From the NCBI GenBank assembly GCA_040882355.1, contig JBBEBM010000052.1, positions 1 to 64,000 of the forward strand: DNA of 64,000 nt. The letters are read 5' to 3'. A model generated the notes under the pieces. That model made no database searches and was not told where the DNA came from. It worked only from the letters and a program-made list of their open reading frames with translations. Shown in pieces: positions 47,997-56,416 of this stretch. The translations under genes were made by a program, and so were the position numbers. This stretch comes from Dehalococcoidia bacterium. GTDB lineage: Bacteria > Chloroflexota > Dehalococcoidia > DSTF01 > RBG-16-68-14. Numbering within the stretch: position 1 is the first letter of the stretch; each line of letters opens with the position of its first letter.

Positions 47997-48461
47997 TCAT
48001 CGTCCCTGCCGTTGCTGCTCCAACACTTGAATCAGATTCGCCAGGGAGGCGGCCATCTGGCCCACCGTGTTCTCCAGCCGGTTCACCGTCGCCTCCAGCC
48101 CCTCGAACGCGACCGCAGGCGCGTCTCCAGAGAGGGCCGCGGCGTCCAGCAGATCTCGCGTCGTCTCCTCCAAGCGCCGCTGCTCCTCCACCAGTGCCCC
48201 AACCTGCTGGCGCAACGCCTCCAGGTCGCCGCGTTCCGGCGCTGGGGCGGGCGCCTGCGAAGGCATAGCCCGCCCGGCGAGCGCGCGCGCCAGCTCCTCG
48301 ATGCTCAGCGTCGCGCGCGTCGAGGCGACCGACGCCTCGCTCGCAAGACGCAGCAGGCGCCAGGCGCCGACGATGGCCACCAGGCACAGGATGAGAAGAG
48401 CGGCCAGGCCCGAGATCGCCGCGACCGCCGCGGCTACCTCGAACGCTTCCTCTCCAGTCAC
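47997..48461 (-). CDS. membrane-anchored coiled-coil protein
   Basis: N-terminal TM followed by heptad repeats; directly upstream of the GGDEF gene. Confidence 0.75.
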   Translation of the reverse strand: MTGEEAFEVAAAVAAISGLAALLILCLVAIVGAWRLLRLASEASVASTRATLSIEELARALAGRAMPSQAPAPAPERGDLEALRQQVGALVEEQRRLEETTRDLLDAAALSGDAPAVAFEGLEATVNRLENTVGQMAASLANLIQVLEQQRQGR

Positions 48462-48608
48462 TCGCTGCCTTCCTCCGACAGTCCGTGAGGCTCCCTCCTT
48501 CCGCTGCCGACGGTGCTAGATCGCTCCTTCGTATGATGGTCGGTCAGATTCGAATGCCCCTAAAGGCCGTTCGGCGGGGGCGATTCCCGATTCCCGGCCC
48601 CCTTCTGC

Positions 48609-48922
48609 CTAGAGGAACTCAAGAAGATAACGGTTCACCTCCTCGAAACGTTCCTGCTGCGTCCAGTGCCCGCAGTCCAGATACTGCAAGGTCAGATTCG
48701 GCACCCAGCGTTCCAGGCCCTACGTGAGCGGCAGGCCGAGCGCTCCGTCATGCACACCCCAGAGTACCAGCGTAGGCGCGTGTACCGTTAGATCTGGTGA
48801 CGCCACGAGTACCAGAACTCTGGGAAGCCGTGCAGCAGCACCACCAGCGGCCCGTGGCCCGCCTCCACCCAGTGAAGGCAGATGCCGTTGACGATCTCCT
48901 CTCGATGGGTCCACGGCTCCGT
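48609..48922 (-). pseudogene. epoxide hydrolase-like alpha/beta hydrolase remnant
   Basis: [21 protein letters not shown] is joined out of frame to PTLVLWG..D.AL...T*GLERWVP..CGHWTQQE. Shows a large internal deletion, an in-frame stop, and ACG at the expected start. Confidence 0.85.
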
Positions 48923-49308
48923 CGCGACCCTCATGCGCCGGCATGATAGCATGGCGCTTCGCGCTCAGAACCCAGACCCTAGAACCTAGAACCGGCCACG
49001 GGAGGTCCTTCCACCGCCCGTAAGCGCGCCGTTCGACGTTTGATTGACCAGTCCGTTTTGCAAAAACGTCCTTCTGAGCGGACTGCCTCCGAATCCGGCC
49101 GACGCTGCGCGCTGCAGGCTGTGAATCTGAACGGGTTGTTTGATTGATCCCCGTGTCCCGTTACAGCGCAGGCGTGAGCGTCGCAGCGCAACGCGGACGC
49201 CAAGCGAGTCAGGGTAGGGCAGAAACGGGATAGCGCGCAGAGGACGATGGCACAGATGGTCCCGCGCCGGCTGCGGTCGCCGCCCTCGCTCTGCTAGCAT
49301 GGTGATCG

Positions 49309-50178
49309 ATGAGCATACGACGCCTCCTCGCCACGATGGGTCTGCTCGCGCTACCGCCGTTCGGCGTCAGCCTGCTCTTCGAACGCGTCGTGCGACGCAA
49401 CGTCTTCCGCACCGGCCCCTATGAGCGAGGCGTGCCCGAGGCGATCGGCGTGCCCTTCGAGCAGGTACCGTTCTGGACCGTCGACGGGCACGAGCTGGAG
49501 GGCTGGCTCTTTCACGGCGGCGCCTCGCCCGCGACGCTGCTCTTCATGCACGGCACGAACTACAACGCCAGCGACATGTGGCTGACGGAGGAGCGCGCCC
49601 AGCTCTTCGGCGGGTTCCTGCGCGGCATCGGCTGCAACTTCTTCGTCTTCGACTACCGGGGCTACGGCCCGAACGACGGCGAGACGACGGAGCGCGGCAC
49701 CTACCTGGACGCGGAGGGCGCCCTCGCCTACCTGCACAACCGGAAGGAGATCGACGCCGCCCGCATCGTCTTCTACGGCTTCTCGCTGGGCACCGGCGTG
49801 GCGACCGAGCTGGCGACGCGCGAGCCGTCCGCCGGCCTCGTCCTGCGCGCGCCCTACACCTCGATGCGCGACATGGTGCGATGGCGCTACCCCAAGATGC
49901 GCCTGCCGCTGACGTTAGCGCCGTGGCTGCCGCGCACCCGCTACGACTCCGCCGCGAAGATCGGCCGCGTCCGCGTGCCGGTGCTCGTCATGCACGGCGA
50001 CGCCGACGAGCGGGTGCCCTACGAGATGGGGCTGCGCCTCTACGACCTGGCGCCGGAGCCGAAGACCTTCGTCACATTCCCGGGCGCCGCCCACCAGGAC
50101 TTCCCGCTCGACCTCATGGTGCCCGCCATCCGCCGCTTCCTCGACCAGACCGTGGGCGCGGTGGTGGCGACGGGGTAG
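49309..50178 (+). CDS. alpha/beta hydrolase (ABHD13/Bem46-like)
   Basis: FMHG, FDYRGYG, GFSLG, HGDADE, AAH. Confidence 0.9.
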   Translation: MSIRRLLATMGLLALPPFGVSLLFERVVRRNVFRTGPYERGVPEAIGVPFEQVPFWTVDGHELEGWLFHGGASPATLLFMHGTNYNASDMWLTEERAQLFGGFLRGIGCNFFVFDYRGYGPNDGETTERGTYLDAEGALAYLHNRKEIDAARIVFYGFSLGTGVATELATREPSAGLVLRAPYTSMRDMVRWRYPKMRLPLTLAPWLPRTRYDSAAKIGRVRVPVLVMHGDADERVPYEMGLRLYDLAPEPKTFVTFPGAAHQDFPLDLMVPAIRRFLDQTVGAVVATG

Positions 50179-50204
50179 GGGCGGGCGAACAGGTTGCACC
50201 TCCC

Positions 50205-50435
50205 CTAGAATAGGCGCGTGACGCCAAGCACGACCATGAGTCCGCCCCAAACCGCTAGGAAGATAGGGGTGACCCTCCTTGTGACCGCGTAGCCCCAGGG
50301 GTAGCGGTCCTTGTCCACCTTCGTCCCGAGAGCTGCGCTCGTGCTAGCTAGCCAGTCGGCCGGTCCGAGCAACATGTACGCAGCGGCCGCGATAGCGGCA
50401 ACGCCCAAGACCAAGGCCGCGATGGGCATAGACAT
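50205..50435 (-). CDS. small 2-TM protein, putative immunity protein
   Basis: ATG overlaps the RHS-ORF stop (TGATG); two hydrophobic helices; lower GC. Confidence 0.6.
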   Translation of the reverse strand: MSMPIAALVLGVAAIAAAAYMLLGPADWLASTSAALGTKVDKDRYPWGYAVTRRVTPIFLAVWGGLMVVLGVTRLF

Positions 50436-51073
50436 CAGAAGATTGAAGGAAACACGTAGTAGCAAGACGCGTAGAGACTGCCAAGGCCTGGTGACCACGA
50501 GATGCCGTACTCATGGAACCAGTTCCCTCCTTCCTTGCCGGTACCCCCCACGCCGAACTGTGCGGCTGGGCCGAATCCGTGGAACACGCTGACGCTGGCA
50601 CCAAGAAATGCGCAATTCATGCCTTCGCTGATGGACTGTCCTGGTGCGAGGGTGAGTGAAACGCCCGGGAACAGTACGCCTGTGGATGCTCCGACATATG
50701 GGTGCACCTTAGTCGTACCTACCTGCCACTGGACGCCGACCGTAGGGCACGTCACGTTGCCCCAGCACGGAGCAGAGACGCTGAAGTCAAGGTACCCTAG
50801 ATCGCGCGGGTCGAGCGACCACAGGCCCAGCGGGTCGACGTAGCGGGCCGGGTTGTTGCGCACATACGTGTACGCGTGCTGCGACTGCGGGTTGCCCACC
50901 ACGCCCATCCACGGGTCGCGGCTGAGGAAGCGCCCGTTGGCGGGGTCGTAGAAGCGCGCGCGCAGGTAGTAGAGGCCTCCGTACTGGCCCAGGTCCGCCC
51001 CGCGCACCTCGGGGTCCTGCAGCTCGCCTGTGAAACGGAATGGGTGCGTCATATGCTGCGCCATGCCACTCAT
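50435..51073 (-). CDS. orphan RHS repeat-associated core plus C-terminal putative toxin domain
   Basis: FRFTGE...LYYLRARFYDP..GRFLSRDP...Y.YVRNNP..YVDPLGL, then about 125 aa of lower-GC variable tip; no upstream RHS repeats. Confidence 0.85.
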   Translation of the reverse strand: MSGMAQHMTHPFRFTGELQDPEVRGADLGQYGGLYYLRARFYDPANGRFLSRDPWMGVVGNPQSQHAYTYVRNNPARYVDPLGLWSLDPRDLGYLDFSVSAPCWGNVTCPTVGVQWQVGTTKVHPYVGASTGVLFPGVSLTLAPGQSISEGMNCAFLGASVSVFHGFGPAAQFGVGGTGKEGGNWFHEYGISWSPGLGSLYASCYYVFPSIF

Positions 51074-51115
51074 ATTATCGGCCGTCGCGCGCTGAGTTGC
51101 CAGATCGCGGATAGG

Positions 51116-51143
51116 CGAAGGCCCTCCGGGTTGGAGGGCCTTC
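51116..51143 (-). terminator. hairpin downstream of an LPxTG gene (duplicated at 54036-54068)
   Basis: cgaaggccctcc-gggtt-ggagggccttcg. Confidence 0.65.
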
Positions 51144-51167
51144 GGATCGTTCGTATTCGGAGCGCGG

Positions 51168-52541
51168 TTAGCCGCGCCGCATGCGCAGGCTCAGCGCGCC
51201 CAGACCGAGCGCGGCCAGGCCCGCTGAGAGCACGAGCCAGGTGGTCGTGTCACTGGCGCCGCCACCAGCGCCCGTCGGGGGCAGGGCAACGCCCACCTCC
51301 ACCGCGAGCACCTCGGCGAAGGCGCCGCACGTCGCCAGCACCTCTACCGTGCCGACGGTGCTGCCTACGTCCAGCGTGGTCGTCGCCTGGCCGTTGGCGT
51401 CTGTGGTCACGGGGCCTTCGCCCACGCTGGCATCGTCGCCGGGCTGGCTGTAGATGCGGAACGTGCACTCGGCGCCCTCGATCGGGCTGCCGTCGGCGTC
51501 CGTGGCCGTCGCGGTGACGTCTACCGTGTCACCAGGCGCCGGCGAATCGTCGGAGACCGTCACGTCCACACCGCCGGTGGGCGCGCCCGGCGTTTCGCCC
51601 GGCGGGGTCGTCGCGGTCGGCTCGGGCGGCGGCGCGACGCCGAAGTCCCAGTTGAGCACCTCGCCGAGCTGCTGCTCGCTCAGGCCGTCGAGCAGATCAC
51701 TGCCCACAGCCGGGTTCGTGTCGAAGGCCGTGGCGCCCGTGGCAGCGTCCTCATTGGTCTGGCTGAGCTGGTTGAAGAAGAGGAGCGCGCGCGTGGCACC
51801 CGCAGGCACCGTGATGTCGAACGTGGCGAGCACGCCTTCCGTACCCGCGCAGTTAAACACGGTTTGCGAGACGCTCGATGACGTTACCGCCGGTGATCCG
51901 GGCCCGAACAGCACGTGCGTGTTCACGGGATCGCTCGGCTCCTCATCGTCGTCGGCGGTCACTACCCAGCGGTCCGCGGCGGCGAAGGCCGTGTCACCGC
52001 TGCTGCTACCCGTAACGACCGTACTCGAATCAGAGCCAACGTTTGTCGTCCAAGTGGCTGTCGTGTTCACATCAGCGTCACCCGTGTTCGTCAACGTGAC
52101 GTACGCGCGCAACGTGGCGGTGTCCGCCGCCGCGTAGTACTGCATCGTCACATCCAGACCCGACATCGACGACGGGTCTCCCTCGAATGTCGAACCGGTC
52201 ACTGTGGTGCCCGGCGGGTCGTAGATAGCGTTGTCCAACCACAGGATGAGGCCGTTGTCATAGGCGTCGCTCTGCGCGCCGATTGTAGTCGTGTCGCCGG
52301 GATCCAGCGTAGCGTCGTCAACGGTCATGCCGCCGAATTCGCTGTCACACTGCCCGCCCGTCGGAAGGCCGTTATCCGTCCCTCCTTCGTTGTCGACGTC
52401 CCACTCCGATCCGCCGGGCCCGCCGCCTGTGAGCGTCTCGCCGCCTGCAAGCGCACGGGGCGCCATGGTACCGCCGATGACCGCCAACGCCGCGAACGCA
52501 GCGAGCACCGCCAGTCCCTTCACGATATTCCTTATACGCAT
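51168..52541 (-). CDS. secreted surface protein with C-terminal Ig-like domain and LPxTG sorting signal
   Basis: Signal peptide; VTATATDADG.P..GA...TTDANGQAT (Big_1/invasin-like); LPPTG-TM-RMRRG. Confidence 0.88.
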   Translation of the reverse strand: MRIRNIVKGLAVLAAFAALAVIGGTMAPRALAGGETLTGGGPGGSEWDVDNEGGTDNGLPTGGQCDSEFGGMTVDDATLDPGDTTTIGAQSDAYDNGLILWLDNAIYDPPGTTVTGSTFEGDPSSMSGLDVTMQYYAAADTATLRAYVTLTNTGDADVNTTATWTTNVGSDSSTVVTGSSSGDTAFAAADRWVVTADDDEEPSDPVNTHVLFGPGSPAVTSSSVSQTVFNCAGTEGVLATFDITVPAGATRALLFFNQLSQTNEDAATGATAFDTNPAVGSDLLDGLSEQQLGEVLNWDFGVAPPPEPTATTPPGETPGAPTGGVDVTVSDDSPAPGDTVDVTATATDADGSPIEGAECTFRIYSQPGDDASVGEGPVTTDANGQATTTLDVGSTVGTVEVLATCGAFAEVLAVEVGVALPPTGAGGGASDTTTWLVLSAGLAALGLGALSLRMRRG

Positions 52542-52559
52542 CTTTTCACCTCCTGTGTG

Positions 52560-53840
52560 CTAACGTATCCTGCTTGCAATTCGGCGGCGCATGGTCAGCG
52601 CGCCCAAACCAATTGCTGCGAGTCCTACCGCCAGAGCGACGGCCCACGCCGGCGTGCCGTCCGGTTCACCAGCAGCGCCCGTAGCCGGCAGCTCCGCCGG
52701 CGAAACGACTACGTCCAGCACCTCCGTGAAGGCACCACACGTCGCTTCGACCTGCACAGTACCGGGCGTCGTGCCCGCGTGCAGCGTTGTCGTCGCTTCG
52801 CCGTTCGCGTCGGTGGCCACCGGGCCCGCTTCGACGGTTGCGTCGTCGCCCGGTTGGTCGACAATCTCGAAGGTGCAGTCCTGCCCTTCGATCGGGTTGC
52901 CTTCGTCGTCGGTGACCGTCGCCGTCACGTCGACGTCGTCGCCCACGCCGACCTCTTCGTCCTCAACGGTAACGTCGACGCCACCGCCGGGCGGCGTCTC
53001 CGTGGGCGTGGGCTCCTCGCCTTCGCCGACGAGCAGCTTGACGTCGTCGACGCCGGCGTTGAAGAAGAACTGGTTGTCGACCAGCGCAAAGCGGATGCAG
53101 ACCGACTGCCCCGCGAGCGCGCTGAGGTCAGCGGTCACGGGGTCGTACCCCGACTCGTTCGGGTCGCCCGGATCTGTTTGATAGACGTTCATGAGCACGT
53201 CGCCGCTGGCCAGGGTGAACGGGTCACCGTCCATGCCGGCGGTCGAGACGATGTCCGCGCGGAACTGCTGGTTGGCCCCGGGCTTGCCGTTACCGAGTGG
53301 GAACGCCTGGCCCTGCGGCTTTCCGCCGCCGAGGAAGGGGTCGAGCGTCGGCGGCGTGTGGTACTCGCCGTCACCCTTGCCCTCCACGTTGAGCAGGTAG
53401 AGTTGGAAGCTGAGTTCGGCGCTCGCGCCGGCGGGGATGTCGACGCACTGGTAGAGGACAGACGACGACGGACCATCCTGGTCGCTCATCGCGGCGGTCT
53501 CCCCTTCCGGTGGCGGCTCTACCGTACTGCCAGAACCGCCGCCCCCCTCCTTGCCCTTGGGCAGCGGGCCCTTCTCGATCGGCCCGTCGAAGCCGCAGAC
53601 GATGCCACTCTTGGTGCCCGTGATGCCGGGCGCCAGGGTGCCGCTCTGCGGACACCAGGTACCGTTGGCATCCACGCCGTCCCAGTCGACTACCGTCCAG
53701 CCGTCGAGCTCGCCGGCCTCGAAGCCGCCGTTCTCGACGATGTTCTCCGGATCTACCGCGGCGACGCTCGACGGCCATGCCGCCGGCAGTAGCGTCGCGA
53801 CCAGCAGAACCAGGCCTCCCAAGAGGGGTAGCTTGCGCAT
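52560..53840 (-). CDS. secreted surface protein with CBM-like N-domain, Ig-like domain and LPxTG signal
   Basis: MRKLPLL signal; NIVENGGFEAG..GW...LYQ...VDDVKL jelly-roll pattern; LPATG-TM-RRR. Confidence 0.88.
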   Translation of the reverse strand: MRKLPLLGGLVLLVATLLPAAWPSSVAAVDPENIVENGGFEAGELDGWTVVDWDGVDANGTWCPQSGTLAPGITGTKSGIVCGFDGPIEKGPLPKGKEGGGGSGSTVEPPPEGETAAMSDQDGPSSSVLYQCVDIPAGASAELSFQLYLLNVEGKGDGEYHTPPTLDPFLGGGKPQGQAFPLGNGKPGANQQFRADIVSTAGMDGDPFTLASGDVLMNVYQTDPGDPNESGYDPVTADLSALAGQSVCIRFALVDNQFFFNAGVDDVKLLVGEGEEPTPTETPPGGGVDVTVEDEEVGVGDDVDVTATVTDDEGNPIEGQDCTFEIVDQPGDDATVEAGPVATDANGEATTTLHAGTTPGTVQVEATCGAFTEVLDVVVSPAELPATGAAGEPDGTPAWAVALAVGLAAIGLGALTMRRRIASRIR

Positions 53841-53996
53841 GAAATGAACCTCCCTGTTCGAGACCCGCGCGCGTGGGGCGGGATGCTGCATCCTGGTCAG
53901 TACGGCTAATTGTGCAGGCGAATCGACGTTTGTGTCAAATGCCAAGCACCCCTATGCCGTCCGTGACATTGTTGCGCCGCTCCACGCCTGTGTCAC

Positions 53997-54024
53997 TCGG
54001 GAGTTTCCCTAAGGGTTCTCCTGA
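53997..54024. promoter_or_regulatory. two overlapping 15-bp palindromes upstream of a sigma70-like promoter (53909-53938, minus strand)
   Basis: TCGGGAGTTTCCCTA and TAAGGGTTCTCCTGA; the promoter reads TTGACA-N18-CACAAT. Confidence 0.5.
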
Positions 54025-54035
54025 CGGCGCTCAAT

Positions 54036-54068
54036 GGCGAAGGCCCTCCCATCCGGAGGGCCTTCGCC
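54036..54068 (-). terminator. hairpin downstream of an LPxTG gene
   Basis: ggcgaaggccctcc-catcc-ggagggccttcgcc. Confidence 0.65.
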
Positions 54069-54089
54069 TCGATCGTATTCAGAGCGCGG

Positions 54090-55562
54090 TTAGCCGCGCC
54101 GCATGCGCAGGCTGAGCGCGCCCAGCCCAAGCGCCGCCAGGCCGGCCGCCAGCAGCAGCCAGTTCGACGCGTCGCTGGAGGCGCCCCCACCGCCGGTCGA
54201 GGGCAGGCCCACGCCCACGTCCACGGCGAGCACTTCGGCGAACGCGCCGCAGGTGGCGAGCACCTCCACGGTGCCTATGGTGCTGCCGACGTCCAGGGCC
54301 GCGGTCGCCTGGCCATTCTCGTCGGTGGTTACCGGGCCTTCCTCGACGCTGGCGTCGTCGCCTGGCTGGTTGTAGATGCGGAACGTGCACTCCGCCCCTA
54401 CGACCGGGTTGCCGTCGGCGTCCGTCGCGGTCGCGGTCACGTCCACCGTGTCGCCTGGGGCGACCGAGTCATCGGAGATAGTCACATCGACCCCACCCGG
54501 CGACTCGCCGCCACCCGGCGACCCGCCGCCACCCGGCGGCGCGGGCGACGTCGGCGTCGGCTGGAAGACCGGCGGCGGCGCGCCCGCCTCACCGGCGAAG
54601 AGTTCGGCCCGGACGGTCACCGTCTCACCGGCGCCCAGGCTGTAGGCGGTGCCGGGCGTTGCGCCGTAGAAGTACAGAATCGCGCTGTCGTCGTCAGGGC
54701 CGCTGTTGTTGGGATCGGTCGTGTAGTCGAACGCGCTGCTGTAAGCGGTCCCCCAGTCGGCGTACATCAGCAGCTCGGGCGGTGTCGGCGGCGGCTGCAG
54801 GCCGGACGCGCCCGCCGTGCCGAACACGGCCAGCAGCGGGCTCTCCGGGCAGTCGTTGTCCTCGACACGGTACGCCGGGAACGTCGGCGCGGCAAATGTA
54901 CCTTCCGTCGTGAGCGTCGCCCCGACAGGATTGCCCGCACCATCGATCGGCGTGAAGGTCGGCCCATCGTCACAGGACATCTGGATGTCCCACTGGTAGC
55001 GAATACCGACATCGGTCGTCGCGCTGCCCGTGTTCTCGACCGTGGTCGTCAACTCGATGATGGAGTCGGTCAGCGTGGTGCCGATGATGTTCCAGCGCTG
55101 CGTGACTTGAAGGTCGTCCGACGATCCTGTCACGTCGTAGGTCGTCTCGTAGCCCGTGCTGCCAACGGCGGTCGTGCCTGTCGCATAGCCATCCAGATCG
55201 CTCACCGTGTTCCCCGACGTGGGGCCGTCCACGGTCTGGACGTAATCCGTGGCCGATGTGTAGGAGCGGACCGTCGTGTAGGAGCTCCAGGCGTCACCGA
55301 TGTCGCCGTTATAAAGAACGTTCTGGCGGGTAGACTGGTCAACGGTCACCGGGTGGGACGGTCCCGTGCCAGCGGTGTACACGCCGATGCCATCGGCGGC
55401 CGCGGCATCCTCGACGAAGATATCGTAGATGCCGTTGGTCGCCGTGCTTTCGGCCGACGTGGACCGCACGAAGGCGAACGCCGCGACGACCGCGACGACC
55501 ACCAGCACTGCCGGGAGCCACCAGGCCCTCTTCAGGCTTGCCTCATTGGCTTTTGCGTGCAT
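54090..55562 (-). CDS. secreted surface protein with C-terminal Ig-like domain and LPxTG sorting signal
   Basis: GGAGG RBS; signal peptide; unique Thr/Asp-rich beta domain; LPSTG-TM-RMRRG. Confidence 0.88.
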   Translation of the reverse strand: MHAKANEASLKRAWWLPAVLVVVAVVAAFAFVRSTSAESTATNGIYDIFVEDAAAADGIGVYTAGTGPSHPVTVDQSTRQNVLYNGDIGDAWSSYTTVRSYTSATDYVQTVDGPTSGNTVSDLDGYATGTTAVGSTGYETTYDVTGSSDDLQVTQRWNIIGTTLTDSIIELTTTVENTGSATTDVGIRYQWDIQMSCDDGPTFTPIDGAGNPVGATLTTEGTFAAPTFPAYRVEDNDCPESPLLAVFGTAGASGLQPPPTPPELLMYADWGTAYSSAFDYTTDPNNSGPDDDSAILYFYGATPGTAYSLGAGETVTVRAELFAGEAGAPPPVFQPTPTSPAPPGGGGSPGGGESPGGVDVTISDDSVAPGDTVDVTATATDADGNPVVGAECTFRIYNQPGDDASVEEGPVTTDENGQATAALDVGSTIGTVEVLATCGAFAEVLAVDVGVGLPSTGGGGASSDASNWLLLAAGLAALGLGALSLRMRRG

Positions 55563-55715
55563 ATCCAACCTCCCTTTCGGACTGCTCAAAGCCGCCTCTC
55601 CGCTTCTGCTCGTTGTCTGAGTCATTGTTAGCCGAAGGAACGCTAGTGTCAACCTGGTGAAGCGCGGCCCGGCATGAGGGCAAACCCCGATCTTTCCTCG
55701 AGCGCGCCGCTTTGG

Positions 55716-56414
55716 TCAGGGGCTCGGCTCGAAGTCGGCCCCGGCGATCACGGTAAGCTCAGCCTGGCCCCAGGCCTGAAGCTGGCCGTCGGGGCCAAGC
55801 GCGATCGCGGCGTCCTCCGGAAGGCCGATACCAAGCATCCCGGCGTGTTCCAGCAGCGCCGCGCGTAGACCCGCATGGCGCGCCGGCGTGTGGTGCACCG
55901 AAACGACCGCTCGCGCCAGCCACGCCCAGCCTTGGAGCACACCAATGCTGGGATTGAGTGGCACGCCTCGCTCCGCCAGCGCGATGGCGCCTGCGCTCAT
56001 CCCGACGATGACGGCGCCCGCGTCGTGCGCGGCCGCCAGCGCCTCGAGCGCCGGCGTGCCGGTCACGCTCTTCAGCAATTCGACCGTCTCGCCGCCGCCG
56101 AAGTAGATCAGGCCAGCCCGCCGCAGCAGCTCTGCATTGGCGGGGTCGCTCGCCGAGGCCCTGTCCAGGACCGGGACGACGTACCCCGCCGGGGCGCCCA
56201 GCCGTCGGTACGTCTCGAGGAACGACTCCCCATAGTCGGGCGGGCACGCCGCGGCCGGCATGAACGCGATCGGCCGTTCGCGGTCCATCAGGTCGATCGC
56301 CGCGCGGTCGATCGCTTCTGTCGCGCGCCACTCGTCGCTCGTCCCGCCGATCAGCACGATCCAGCCCGCGCCCGAGCGCCAGCTCACTCGATCTGATCGA
56401 AGGGTGTGCGGCAT
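55716..56414 (-). CDS. peptidase S51 family (cyanophycinase/peptidase E-like)
   Basis: LIGG, IYFGGG, VGMSAGA, GIGLPEDAA. Confidence 0.82.
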   Translation of the reverse strand: MPHTLRSDRVSWRSGAGWIVLIGGTSDEWRATEAIDRAAIDLMDRERPIAFMPAAACPPDYGESFLETYRRLGAPAGYVVPVLDRASASDPANAELLRRAGLIYFGGGETVELLKSVTGTPALEALAAAHDAGAVIVGMSAGAIALAERGVPLNPSIGVLQGWAWLARAVVSVHHTPARHAGLRAALLEHAGMLGIGLPEDAAIALGPDGQLQAWGQAELTVIAGADFEPSP

Positions 56415-56416
56415 CG

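Noticed and set aside
48720..48722. In-frame TAG as pyrrolysine or readthrough
   Set aside because: The same gene also has a large deletion, a frame break and a mutated start, so decay is the simpler explanation.
51168..55562. Diversity-generating retroelement or invertase shufflon behind the LPxTG variation
   Set aside because: No reverse transcriptase or recombinase in the window, no adenine-specific variation, and all genes are complete and co-oriented.
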